Below the pieces are notes generated by a model. That model was not told the origin of the DNA, ran no database searches, and saw only the letters and a list, made by a program, of their open reading frames with translations. 61,525 nt of DNA from Thermoplasmata archaeon (GTDB taxonomy: Archaea > Thermoplasmatota > Thermoplasmata > Lutacidiplasmatales > UBA184): positions 1 to 61,525 of the forward strand of contig JAKAVY010000005.1 in NCBI GenBank assembly GCA_021827405.1, in the 5' to 3' direction. The position numbers and the translations under genes were made by a program. Positions 25,763 to 33,446 of the stretch are shown here, piece after piece. Every line of letters starts with the position of its first letter. Positions within the stretch are counted from its first letter, which is position 1.

Positions 25763-25903
25763 GGTTCCCCCGGAACGTCTCCCGGTGCCCGGGAGAGGAC
25801 GGGGAGGGCCCGGGTCCCTTCAAGAGGCTTACCGTGGGAGGCGGGGTTCCAGTGGGACCCTCGAGCCCATATACCAGGAAGGGGCTCGAAATCAGGAACG
25901 ACC

Positions 25904-26488
25904 GTGCCGGCAGACCTCTGTCCCGCCTGTGGAGTCAGCCTCCCGCGTGACCTCATGCCCACCCACCTGGCCCGGGCGCATCCGGACCGGCGGGGCCCCC
26001 CCCGGGAGGAGCGCGCCCCTACGCCTCCCCCCACCGAGGCGTACGAGGGAGATGTGACCGCTCCGCTGTCGATGGGAGCGCTCCCTGACGAGCCGGGTCC
26101 CACGGGGGGCGGAACGGATGGGGCCCCGGAACCGCCGACCCCCGCGTTGCAAGGGGCTTCTCCCCCGCCGGTCCCGGAGGAGATCCTCGAAGCCTCCGTC
26201 GAGGGGGTTGGGGACAGCCACCCCTCCTCCGGACCGGATCCGGAGGCCCCTCCCCCCTCTTGGTCGTCGACCGGCCCGGGGCCTGGGGAAGACGAGGAGA
26301 AGCGCCCGGAAGGGAGCCCACGCCTGGGGTCCGACGCCCCCATCCCCAGCCGGAAGGCGCTCCGGACGGCCTTTCGACGGAGACGGCAGCAGACGAACCG
26401 TTCCCTGGCGCAAGTGGAGGCACTCCTGGTGGGATTTCCGGGGGGAACGCCCCGACACGACCAACGCCGGATGGCTACCAGTCGGTAA
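25904..26488 (+). CDS. Small protein with an N-terminal C2H2 zinc finger and a P/G/E-rich disordered tail (tentative)
   Basis: An in-frame GTG lies at 25904, about 30 nt downstream of catatacc (25868-25875). The product VPADLCPACGVSLPRDLMPTHLARAHP matches C-x2-C-x12-H-x4-H exactly. The frame is the tail of the 1182-aa shadow ORF 22940..26488. Confidence 0.4.
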   Translation: MPADLCPACGVSLPRDLMPTHLARAHPDRRGPPREERAPTPPPTEAYEGDVTAPLSMGALPDEPGPTGGGTDGAPEPPTPALQGASPPPVPEEILEASVEGVGDSHPSSGPDPEAPPPSWSSTGPGPGEDEEKRPEGSPRLGSDAPIPSRKALRTAFRRRRQQTNRSLAQVEALLVGFPGGTPRHDQRRMATSR

Positions 26489-26562
26489 CGCACCCCGCCC
26501 GATAGGGCAACCGTGACCTGTGATGCCGGGTGCCTGAGGTGCGGGCGACCCAAGGTATCGGG

Positions 26563-26609
26563 AAAAAAGGATAGGGAAAGGGTTGAGGGGAGGGGGCGGA
26601 CCCCTCCCC
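26563..26609 (-). terminator. Hairpin plus oligo-U terminator candidate for the 1618-aa gene
   Basis: A perfect 9-bp stem ggggagggg/cccctcccc (26587-26595 / 26601-26609) with a 5-nt loop begins 13 nt after the stop. On the transcript it is followed by UUUUUU, the complement of the a-run at 26563-26568. Confidence 0.4.
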
Positions 26610-26621
26610 CGTAGGGCCGTC

Positions 26622-29600
26622 TCACCGGAAGTAGGTCAGGGCCTCCTGAGCCACTTCCCGGGCCCGGGCGTTCAGGCGCATGGCGTCCTCCACCCTCCCC
26701 TGGCCGAGGAGGGTCTTCTGGGTGGCCACGCTCGCCTGGAGCGTGGTCACCAGGGACCGCCGGAACGCCTCCGTCATCGCGTCGTCCAGGGCCGCCTTCC
26801 GCCCCGCGCTCGAGGTGCTCGCGGACGGTTCGGAAGCCAAGTTGGCCGGGGTCTGCGGGACGGGGCCCGAGGACGGGGGATTGGCGGTGCCCGTCTTCCG
26901 GTTCGCCCGGCGTCCACCGACGTAGGCCGTCACACCGACCACGGCTCCCACCAGCGCGATGATGGCGATGACCCCCAGGCTCCCGATGCTGTTGAACCAC
27001 AACGGGGCCACCGTGCCCTTCTTCGAGCTCAACTCGTTCTGGAGCTGGGTCACCTTCGCATTCAAGGTCGCGATGCTGGCCGTGTCGGTGGAGATCGTGC
27101 CCTGGTCCGCGTTGATGGTGGCCTGGTCCTGGGCGATGGTCTGCTTGGCCGCCGTCAACTGGGCCTGGACGTTCGCCAACTGCGCCTGCTCCGCCGAGGT
27201 GTTCCCCTGGCTGGCCGACAACTGGGCCTCAAGGCTCGACACCTGCGCGGTCAGGCTGGATACCTGTCCCTGCGCGGTGGAGAGCTCCGAGGTCAAGGTG
27301 CTGACCTGCCCCTTGAGCGTGGACACGGTGCCCGTGAGGGTCGTGACCTGCGCCGACAGGCTGGAGACCTGGCCCTGTAGAGTGGCGATGTTCGCGTTCG
27401 CGGTGTTCAGTTCCCCTTGCAGGTTGCTGACCTGCCCGCTCAGGCTGGTCACCTGGCCGTTCAGGGAGGTGATGGTCGCCTGGTCCGCCGTGATGGTCGC
27501 CTGGTCGGTGGCGAGTTCCCCGTTCAGGGTCTTCACCAACTGGCTCAGGCTGGCCGCCTCGTTGTCGGAGTACAGGGTCACCGTCCGGCTGGTGCTGGTC
27601 AGGCCCGCGACGGTCTCCGTGAACACCACCGAGTACGCACCATCCATGAGGGTGGCCGTGTTCAAGGTGTAGCTCCCGGAAATGCCGCTGGCGAGGACCT
27701 CCGACCCTCCCGCCCACTCCAAGGCAAGCGTCCCGGTGGCTCCGGGGTAGCTCGTCCCGGCGAAGGTGAAGGTGTCGTTACCCGTGACCGTCTGGGTACC
27801 CGCGCTCGAGGTCAACGTCGCCGGCAGGAACACGATGGGGTCGCTCCAGGTGATCTGGTTGACCGATTGGCTCTCGAAGCAGAACCCGAAGAAGCAGTAG
27901 CCGAACGAAAGGTCGTTCGTGCCTCCCGCCACCATGGAGATCTGGATCGGGCCCGTGATGCCGGCCGTGCTGAGGTCCACCGGGATCTGCCCGTTGAACA
28001 CCCCGCTCACGTACACCCCGTTGTTGCTGTCGTAGAACGCCGGGGGATAGGTGGTGTTCTGGTACTGGCCCGGAGAGCCTCCGATGCTGACGTTCACGTA
28101 GTTCACGTCCTTCATGCCGGAGAACGTGAGCACTCCCGTGACCGCGCCGCTGGTCGTGGTGCTGCCCGAGGTCATGGTCAGGTCCTGGGTGTTGAACGAA
28201 CCGGACTGGGGCTCGATGAACACCGTGACCGTGTTCGAGGTCAGGCCATCGTAGGTCGCGGTCAGGGTCACGACCTGGGTCGGGAGATAGCCGTTGGTCT
28301 CCGCGGTGAACGCGTTCGTCCAGAAGTTGAACTCACCGGAACCACCGGACAGGTACGTCCCGAGCGTAGCGCCCGGTGCGTAACTGGACAGCGGCATGGT
28401 GGGGTCGATGTTCTGGAAAAGCGCGACGTTCACCGAGGTCTCCGTGACCAGGGCGTTGGGGACCGGGACTCCGTTCAACGTGGCGAACCCTTCCGGGTAG
28501 ATGTTGTAGAAGCCGGTGTACCCCGTCGTGAAGGTGGTGACCTCCGCGATGGAGGTCTGGCAGATGTCGTTCACGTCCGAGACGCACAGGCTCAGCGTTC
28601 CCGAAGCGGCCGGCTGTGCCACCGCGTACGGCGCGAAGGACCACTCCTGCCCCGCCACGGAGGTGACGAGGAAGTAGCCGTACTCCGTCCCGTTGGTGAC
28701 CTCGGTGGCCGGTTGGGTGTAGGTCGGCGTGTAGGTGAACCGCCCGTGGGAGTTCGTCTGCAGGGTGGTGACCATGCCGCCGCCGTAGGTCCCGTCGTTC
28801 GCTCCGCCCGAGTAGGCCGCCACGTTGAAGATCCCCGGTTGGCCGCCCGTGGTGATGACCTCGAGGGTGTAGGTCTGTCCGCCCACGAGCGTCTCACTGG
28901 ACATCGGCATCAGGGTTCCGCCCGACGTGACGACCTCTACCTGGAAGGCAGGGTTCGTCAGGGCGAAGCCTGGCTCACCGGTCTGGCCGATGAGTTCTGC
29001 GGCCAAGGTGTCCACCTGGATCATCCCGAGTCCCTGGAGGTAGTTCCATCCACTGCCCGCCGGGTTCAGCAGGCCGTTGAACCACCAGGGAAGCACGGGG
29101 TCGTACGGTTGCTCGATGCTGAGGTTGAAGTAGTACCAATTGAAGCTGTTGATCGGTCCCCAGTCGAACCCCGTTCCCATGGCCGTCATGTCGGTGAACG
29201 GATTCGCGGAGAAGGACGAGACCCCAGCCTCATTGGCGTTGTGCGCTGCGTAGAGCATCGGGTTGATGTCTCCCATCTTCGGGGTGCCGTAGGCCACGTT
29301 GGCCTGCTCCTCGATGAGGGCCCACATCCCGGCCGTCGTGGGGGTCGCAAAGCTCGTGCCGCCGTAGTTCTCCAGCCATCCACCGAAATACTGTTCGTAG
29401 ATGGTCATGTTGAACGCTGCCGGCCCGCTCACCACCGGATCGATGGCCGCTCCCGTACTGTACGTGTCCAAGGCATTCTGGTACCAGGGCTGCTGTTCGC
29501 CGATGGACTGGCCGAAGCCACCACCTACAATCCCCTGGTACGTGCCGCCAATCCCCTCGCCGTAGCTCCAGTAGGTGAAGCTGGCGAGGCCGGTCGCTGG

Positions 29601-31478
29601 AGCCACAAAGCTGGCCGGGACACAGAACCCATAGTTACAGTAGTAGGACGGCAATCCCGTGGGGATGCACAGTCCGTTACCCGCGTAACTGTAGCCGCTG
29701 GGGCACACGACGTTGTTGGTCACGGGGAAGACGAGCCCGTTGCTCTCCGCCGTGGTCTGCCCGCCACCCACCGAGGTCGATCCCGGGGAGATGGCTGGCA
29801 TTCCAGCCTGGTTCGCCGCTAAGTACTCCGCACCGGAGTAGTCTCCACTGGCGAAGAAGTTGGTGACGCCCACCGCGTTCAGTTGCTCCAGCAGGGTGTT
29901 CTCCACGGTCAGGTACATAGGAGAGCCGTAGAAGGCCGCGTACTCCTCCCCCTCACCGTAGCTGTTCGAGGTGATGGAGATGGAGCCCGCTCCCGGGGGC
30001 AAGGTCTGGGTGCTCACCGGTTGGGCCCCAACGGCGACGACCGTCCCCACGCTTGCGGGGAGGGTGGTCTGTCCCTGGCTCAGGTACTGGGCAACATCGG
30101 AGAAGACCGTGTTGAAGGCCGAGAAGTCCGCGCTCCCGGCAGCCACGATGTCAATGTGTGCCATCGGGGCCATGGTCGCCGCGTACTCCACGTCCAAGGC
30201 GGTCTCGATGGTCCACCCATTGAAGAGTCCGTTGAACATACATCCGTTGTAGTTGTTGTTCGGGAAGAAGGCGCCCGGAGTGTTCAGACCAATCTGGGTG
30301 ATGCGGTTCACCAAGGGGGTTCCCGGCTGACTGGGGTTGGTCCAGACCTGGTTCGAGAACGACTGGATGGTCCCCGTGTCCAAGCACCCAACCTCGACCA
30401 AGGCGATGGTGACGCCCTGCCCCATGTCCGGCTCAGAGGCGATGGTCGTGGAGCCACTCCACAGGTTCGAGGCACCCGTCATGGCGTGGAGGGTGCTGGG
30501 GAAGAGAGTCTGGGACGCCGTACAGCCAATCCCGAAGAAGGAACAGTCGAAGCTGAACGGGTCACCAGGGGCCCAAGTGTAGTTCGCCCCGGCGAGGCCC
30601 TGGATTTGATCCAAGCCGTATGTGTTCGGCCCGGCGGGACCGGTGTACGGTACAGATTGGAGGCTTCCAGGGTGGGATGCGTTGTACGCCTCCTCTAGCG
30701 CCGCCAAGTTCTGCCCGGGTCCGAGGTTCAGGGGGGCCACAATGGACGGCTGAGCCGTGAGCCCCGCAAGTCCCGCTACCCCGCTGATTGCCCCCGAGAT
30801 GGAGGCCGGCAGGGCCAAGGGCTGCGTGTTCGCGTAGAAGCCCGGCGCGTAGGTCGTGCTTCCCGCCACCGCGCTCCCGTTCCCGTAGAGTGGGTTCCAC
30901 ATGCCTTGGGACTGGTACTCACGGGCGAAGGGCGTGATCGTGGTGTGGAAGGCCGCCGACATCTGCGAAGGCGTCCCGCTCACCGTCAACGACAGTAAAC
31001 CGGAGCTCAACTGTACCGAGAGGCCGTAGCCCTCGAAGTAGTTGACCACCGAGGCGTAGCTGGAACTCCCGAACTCACTACCGAACTGCCCAATGGTCAA
31101 AAAGTGCCGGTAGGCAGGGTTGTTCGGATTGTTCAGCTCGTTGATGAAGGTGCTCAGGCTCTGGCTCGGGTTCAGGGTCACCGTGGCCGTGACCGCCGAC
31201 GGGAGCGGGGAAGCTCCTGCCGGGACGCTGGCCTGAGGCAACACCGTGTACTGCCCAAGCACGCTGGGTCCGTTCGGCGATAGGCCGCTGGCACTATTGG
31301 CAAGGGGAGTGATAGGTCCGCTGGCCGCGGGGGCCACGGGGGCCGAAGCCGCCGTGACGGATCCTGATGCCGAGGCTGGCAGGAAGGCAATCACGCCCAC
31401 CACCATGCTCAGCACCATGACCGCTGCCACCAGCAGGGCCACACTCTTTCGCCAAGGGCGTTCGCTCTGTTCCGTCAT
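26622..31478 (-). CDS. Giant cell-surface sedolisin (S53/S8-clan) protease. Domain order: signal, pro-kumamolisin-like propeptide, peptidase, beta-rich domains, coiled-coil stalk, TM anchor, cytoplasmic tail.
   Basis: The signal or anchor reads SVALLVAAVMVLSMVVGVIAFLPASASG. The propeptide-like part reads YRHFLTIGQFGSEFGSS...VVNYFEGYGLSV. The peptidase motifs are GQGVTIALVEVG, ETALDVEYAATMAP, SNSYGEGE, FFASGDYSG and GGTSFATPTTAGMWALI, with the Ser codon at 29352-29354. About 560 aa of T/S/G/N-rich beta-type sequence follow. A 184-aa heptad stalk is encoded at 27015-27566. The TM segment is FNSIGSLGVIAIIALVGAVVGVTAYV, and the tail is 96 aa. Confidence 0.85.
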   Translation of the reverse strand: MTEQSERPWRKSVALLVAAVMVLSMVVGVIAFLPASASGSVTAASAPVAPAASGPITPLANSASGLSPNGPSVLGQYTVLPQASVPAGASPLPSAVTATVTLNPSQSLSTFINELNNPNNPAYRHFLTIGQFGSEFGSSSYASVVNYFEGYGLSVQLSSGLLSLTVSGTPSQMSAAFHTTITPFAREYQSQGMWNPLYGNGSAVAGSTTYAPGFYANTQPLALPASISGAISGVAGLAGLTAQPSIVAPLNLGPGQNLAALEEAYNASHPGSLQSVPYTGPAGPNTYGLDQIQGLAGANYTWAPGDPFSFDCSFFGIGCTASQTLFPSTLHAMTGASNLWSGSTTIASEPDMGQGVTIALVEVGCLDTGTIQSFSNQVWTNPSQPGTPLVNRITQIGLNTPGAFFPNNNYNGCMFNGLFNGWTIETALDVEYAATMAPMAHIDIVAAGSADFSAFNTVFSDVAQYLSQGQTTLPASVGTVVAVGAQPVSTQTLPPGAGSISITSNSYGEGEEYAAFYGSPMYLTVENTLLEQLNAVGVTNFFASGDYSGAEYLAANQAGMPAISPGSTSVGGGQTTAESNGLVFPVTNNVVCPSGYSYAGNGLCIPTGLPSYYCNYGFCVPASFVAPATGLASFTYWSYGEGIGGTYQGIVGGGFGQSIGEQQPWYQNALDTYSTGAAIDPVVSGPAAFNMTIYEQYFGGWLENYGGTSFATPTTAGMWALIEEQANVAYGTPKMGDINPMLYAAHNANEAGVSSFSANPFTDMTAMGTGFDWGPINSFNWYYFNLSIEQPYDPVLPWWFNGLLNPAGSGWNYLQGLGMIQVDTLAAELIGQTGEPGFALTNPAFQVEVVTSGGTLMPMSSETLVGGQTYTLEVITTGGQPGIFNVAAYSGGANDGTYGGGMVTTLQTNSHGRFTYTPTYTQPATEVTNGTEYGYFLVTSVAGQEWSFAPYAVAQPAASGTLSLCVSDVNDICQTSIAEVTTFTTGYTGFYNIYPEGFATLNGVPVPNALVTETSVNVALFQNIDPTMPLSSYAPGATLGTYLSGGSGEFNFWTNAFTAETNGYLPTQVVTLTATYDGLTSNTVTVFIEPQSGSFNTQDLTMTSGSTTTSGAVTGVLTFSGMKDVNYVNVSIGGSPGQYQNTTYPPAFYDSNNGVYVSGVFNGQIPVDLSTAGITGPIQISMVAGGTNDLSFGYCFFGFCFESQSVNQITWSDPIVFLPATLTSSAGTQTVTGNDTFTFAGTSYPGATGTLALEWAGGSEVLASGISGSYTLNTATLMDGAYSVVFTETVAGLTSTSRTVTLYSDNEAASLSQLVKTLNGELATDQATITADQATITSLNGQVTSLSGQVSNLQGELNTANANIATLQGQVSSLSAQVTTLTGTVSTLKGQVSTLTSELSTAQGQVSSLTAQVSSLEAQLSASQGNTSAEQAQLANVQAQLTAAKQTIAQDQATINADQGTISTDTASIATLNAKVTQLQNELSSKKGTVAPLWFNSIGSLGVIAIIALVGAVVGVTAYVGGRRANRKTGTANPPSSGPVPQTPANLASEPSASTSSAGRKAALDDAMTEAFRRSLVTTLQASVATQKTLLGQGRVEDAMRLNARAREVAQEALTYFR
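27015..27566 (-). repeat. Heptad-periodic coding repeat (Q/S/T/L/A-rich coiled-coil stalk) inside the giant protease gene
   Basis: The translation reads ...LNGQVTSLSGQVSNLQGELNTANANIATLQGQVSSLSAQVTTLTGTVSTLKGQVSTLTSELSTAQGQVSSLTAQVSSLEAQL... At the DNA level there are visibly recurring ctgacc/ctggtc/caggtg units. Confidence 0.6.
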
Positions 31479-31706
31479 ACGGTTCCTTCCGGTCCATTAC
31501 AGACCATGCCTGGGACAATCCATGGTATACTTAATCATGTCGCAGTTTTGCAAGGGGGGGGCCTGACCCCGGGTCTCCCGGACGGCGGGTGGACCCCTCT
31601 CGATGCGCACCCCGAAGACCGAGAGGCACGCGGCGTTCGCTCGACCGGGCCCGGTTCCACCGAGGGCATGGGAACGGGTCCCGGGTAACGTGTCGATACT
31701 AAACGT

Positions 31707-31717
31707 AAGGTTTAAGG
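31707..31717 (+). promoter_or_regulatory. TATA-like word aaggtttaagg about 27 nt upstream of ATG 31737
   Basis: It is an A/T island in the 31479-31736 divergent intergenic region. Confidence 0.45.
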
Positions 31718-31736
31718 ACCCCCGGGGAGAGTATAG

Positions 31737-31931
31737 ATGTTCATGAGCCTACACGGCCGTGAACGAGGCAGTCCCCGACCGGCGGTCTACACCGTGTTGC
31801 TTCAGGTGAAGATCTCCCGAGAGTCGAACGAACTGCTCAAGCGCGTTGCCACCAAGAACTACCGGACCCGGTCCCAGGAGGCCCGGCTCGCGTTGGAGAC
31901 CCATCTGAGGAAGGTCGGCATCCGGAGCTGA
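31737..31931 (+). CDS. Small ribbon-helix-helix (CopG/Arc/MetJ-like) protein
   Basis: The 64-aa product reads YTVLLQVKISRESNELLKRVATKNYRTRSQEARLALETHLRKV, a strand-helix-helix layout with the S/T-x-x-E-x-x-R-x-A motif. No toxin-like partner is visible. Confidence 0.65.
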   Translation: MFMSLHGRERGSPRPAVYTVLLQVKISRESNELLKRVATKNYRTRSQEARLALETHLRKVGIRS

Positions 31932-32235
31932 GGGGCCCAGGTCCCATTCGCCAGGGATTCGGGGGCCCGGAAAGGTCCGCCCGAAGCCTTTCCGAGGGAG
32001 CGAGCGTCTGTCCCCCGGAGTTGTGGCTACGTTTTGAATGCGGGAGTCCCGTCCTTCCGCCTCCCTCCCGGGGTCCGCTTGCCGGGGTCGTCCGTTCCGA
32101 TACGACCCGACCCGTGGGAACCGGGTCCATCGTTTGGGTGGGGCCGGGCGAAGGCCAGGGGCCCACCGGCTCCAATGGACCCCCTCCCGGGCCGAAGCCG
32201 ACATGAATGCCCGGCTAGTTTCGGAAAGAGATGTT
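31915..32235 (+). ncRNA. Candidate structured RNA, possibly RNase P RNA (tentative, based on motifs only)
   Basis: The 435-nt gap (31932-32366) has no credible ORF. A long hairpin spans 31933-31968 (GGGCCC-A-GGUCCC...GGGAUU-CGG-GGGCCC) and is followed directly by GGAAAGGUCCGCCC (31969-31982). That compares with CR-I GAGGAAAGUCCGSCC, including a possible bulged U. About 230 nt downstream lies ACAUGAAUGCCCGGCUAG (32201-32218), which compares with CR-V ACAGAAcCCGGCUUA. Possible P2 and P1 closing pairs are 31925-31932 with 32215-32222 and 31915-31920 with 32229-32234. The boundaries are uncertain. Confidence 0.3.
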
Positions 32236-32366
32236 CCCTTGGACGAGGGGCAGCGAGGTGGCCCCCCGTCCCGGGACGAAGGGCAACTGAAAAGGGGAGG
32301 ACCCGGGAGCCTCCCGGGGGAAGGGTACGGGCTTTGTACTGATCGGGTCTACACCCCCGCGGAAGC

Positions 32367-33329
32367 ATGACCACACCCTCGCCCTCCGGCCCCCCTCGTG
32401 ATGCGAGCCCGTCGCGCCTCCTTCGCCGGGGCAAGGTGAAGGAGGTCTGGGAGATCTCCCCCACCGAGCTCGAGTTCGTCTTCAGTGACGACATCAGCGT
32501 CTTCGACAAGCGCATCCCGAACCCCATCCCGCACAAGGGGGAGTCCCTCGCCCGGACCGCGGCGCACTGGTTCGAGCTCTGCGCCCGGGAAGGGGTGAAC
32601 CACCACTTCCTGAGGCTCTCCGGTCCGAACAAGATGCGGGTCCGGCGGGTCGAGGTGGTGGAGCATCCGAAGCCCTCGGCCCACCCGAAACGGTTGTTCA
32701 TCCCGCTGGAGTTCGTGGTCCGCTACTACGTCGCCGGGAGCCTCTGGGACCGGGTCCAGGCCGGGAAGGCCACCGCCCCGGAGCTGGGCTTCCCGGCGGG
32801 ACACCGGCCGGCCTTCGGGGAGAAGCTCCCGGAACCGCTCTTCGAGGTCACCACCAAGCTCGAGAAGGTGGACCGGCTCCTCACCTTCCCGGAGGCCGCC
32901 GGGGTGGGGGGGATCTCCTCGGCCACCCTGGAGGAGGTCCGGGAGATCATTTTGAGGATAGACGCGGCCCTCCAGCGGGAGATCGGACCCCGGGGACTGC
33001 TGCACGTGGACGGGAAGAAGGAGTTCGGTTTCGATGAGGACGGACGGCTGATGGTGGTGGACACCTTCGGCACCGCGGACGAGGATCGGTTCTGGGACGC
33101 CAAGGCCTACGCGGCCGGGGAGACCAAGGACTTCTCCAAGGAGTTCGTCCGCCAGCACTACCGACGGTCCGGCTACCACAGTGCGCTCACCAGCGCCCGG
33201 GAGCAGCACCGGGACGAGCCCCCCATCCCCCCGCTGCCCCCCGAACTGGTCGCCGAGGTCTCCCACCTGTACACCGGGGTCTTCGAACGATTGACCGGCG
33301 AACCGTTCGCCGGCGGTCCCCCCCACTGA
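32367..33329 (+). CDS. purC: SAICAR synthetase (phosphoribosylaminoimidazole-succinocarboxamide synthase)
   Basis: The product reads LLRRGKVKEVWEISPTELEFVFSDDISVFDKRIPNPIPHKGESLARTAAHWFE...LEFVVRYYVAGS...FEVTTKLE...LHVDGKKEFGFDE...VVDTFGTADEDRFW. Confidence 0.88.
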   Translation: MTTPSPSGPPRDASPSRLLRRGKVKEVWEISPTELEFVFSDDISVFDKRIPNPIPHKGESLARTAAHWFELCAREGVNHHFLRLSGPNKMRVRRVEVVEHPKPSAHPKRLFIPLEFVVRYYVAGSLWDRVQAGKATAPELGFPAGHRPAFGEKLPEPLFEVTTKLEKVDRLLTFPEAAGVGGISSATLEEVREIILRIDAALQREIGPRGLLHVDGKKEFGFDEDGRLMVVDTFGTADEDRFWDAKAYAAGETKDFSKEFVRQHYRRSGYHSALTSAREQHRDEPPIPPLPPELVAEVSHLYTGVFERLTGEPFAGGPPH

Positions 33330-33414
33330 CGGGACCCCCTTTCGGGGGACCACTGGACGCCGGCGCCCGGGGCGCCCTCCGCATCCCCGGGGTGTTTCAT
33401 CCCCTCCCCCCGGC

Positions 33415-33423
33415 GTATATATG
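33415..33423 (+). promoter_or_regulatory. TATA box gtatatatg about 28 nt upstream of the radA ATG
   Basis: This is the clearest TATA word in the window, and its spacing implies a leaderless radA mRNA. Confidence 0.5.
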
Positions 33424-33446
33424 GGCCGGCCGGGCTCCGAGTCCCG

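Noticed and set aside
22692-25823. 1043-aa minus-strand ORF and the bulk of the 1182-aa + ORF (22940..26488), both overlapping the MMPL gene
   Set aside because: Both are R/G/P/H-rich without TM periodicity. Only the 22751..25762 frame shows MMPL bundles (GTDYSVFL, GMDYNIFL). Only the last ~585 nt of the + ORF, beyond the MMPL gene, is kept as a tentative gene.
26990-27600. Periodic DNA repeats that could be mistaken for a CRISPR array or satellite
   Set aside because: The period is 21 nt (heptads), there is no repeat-spacer structure, and the region lies in frame inside a long ORF, encoding a coiled-coil stalk.
27417-29822. 801-aa + ORF and other long ORFs antisense to or overlapping real genes (for example 8589..10595, 19876..21174, 40937..42199, 47815..49212, 59302..60594, 60231..61343)
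   Set aside because: All are R/P/G-rich, span several well-supported genes on the other strand or frame, and contain no family motifs. They are an expected artefact of very high GC3.
31915-32366. SRP (7S) RNA, or a purine/ZTP-type riboswitch upstream of purC, as explanations for the structured gap
   Set aside because: There is no GGAA-tetraloop helix 8 motif with the AGCA/GGAA-type asymmetric loop, and no ZTP-like GGGUCGUG...CCGCCUGGGCA words. A TATA-like word (ctttgtactga, about 32331-32341) for purC lies downstream of most of the structure, so the structure would not be in the purC leader.
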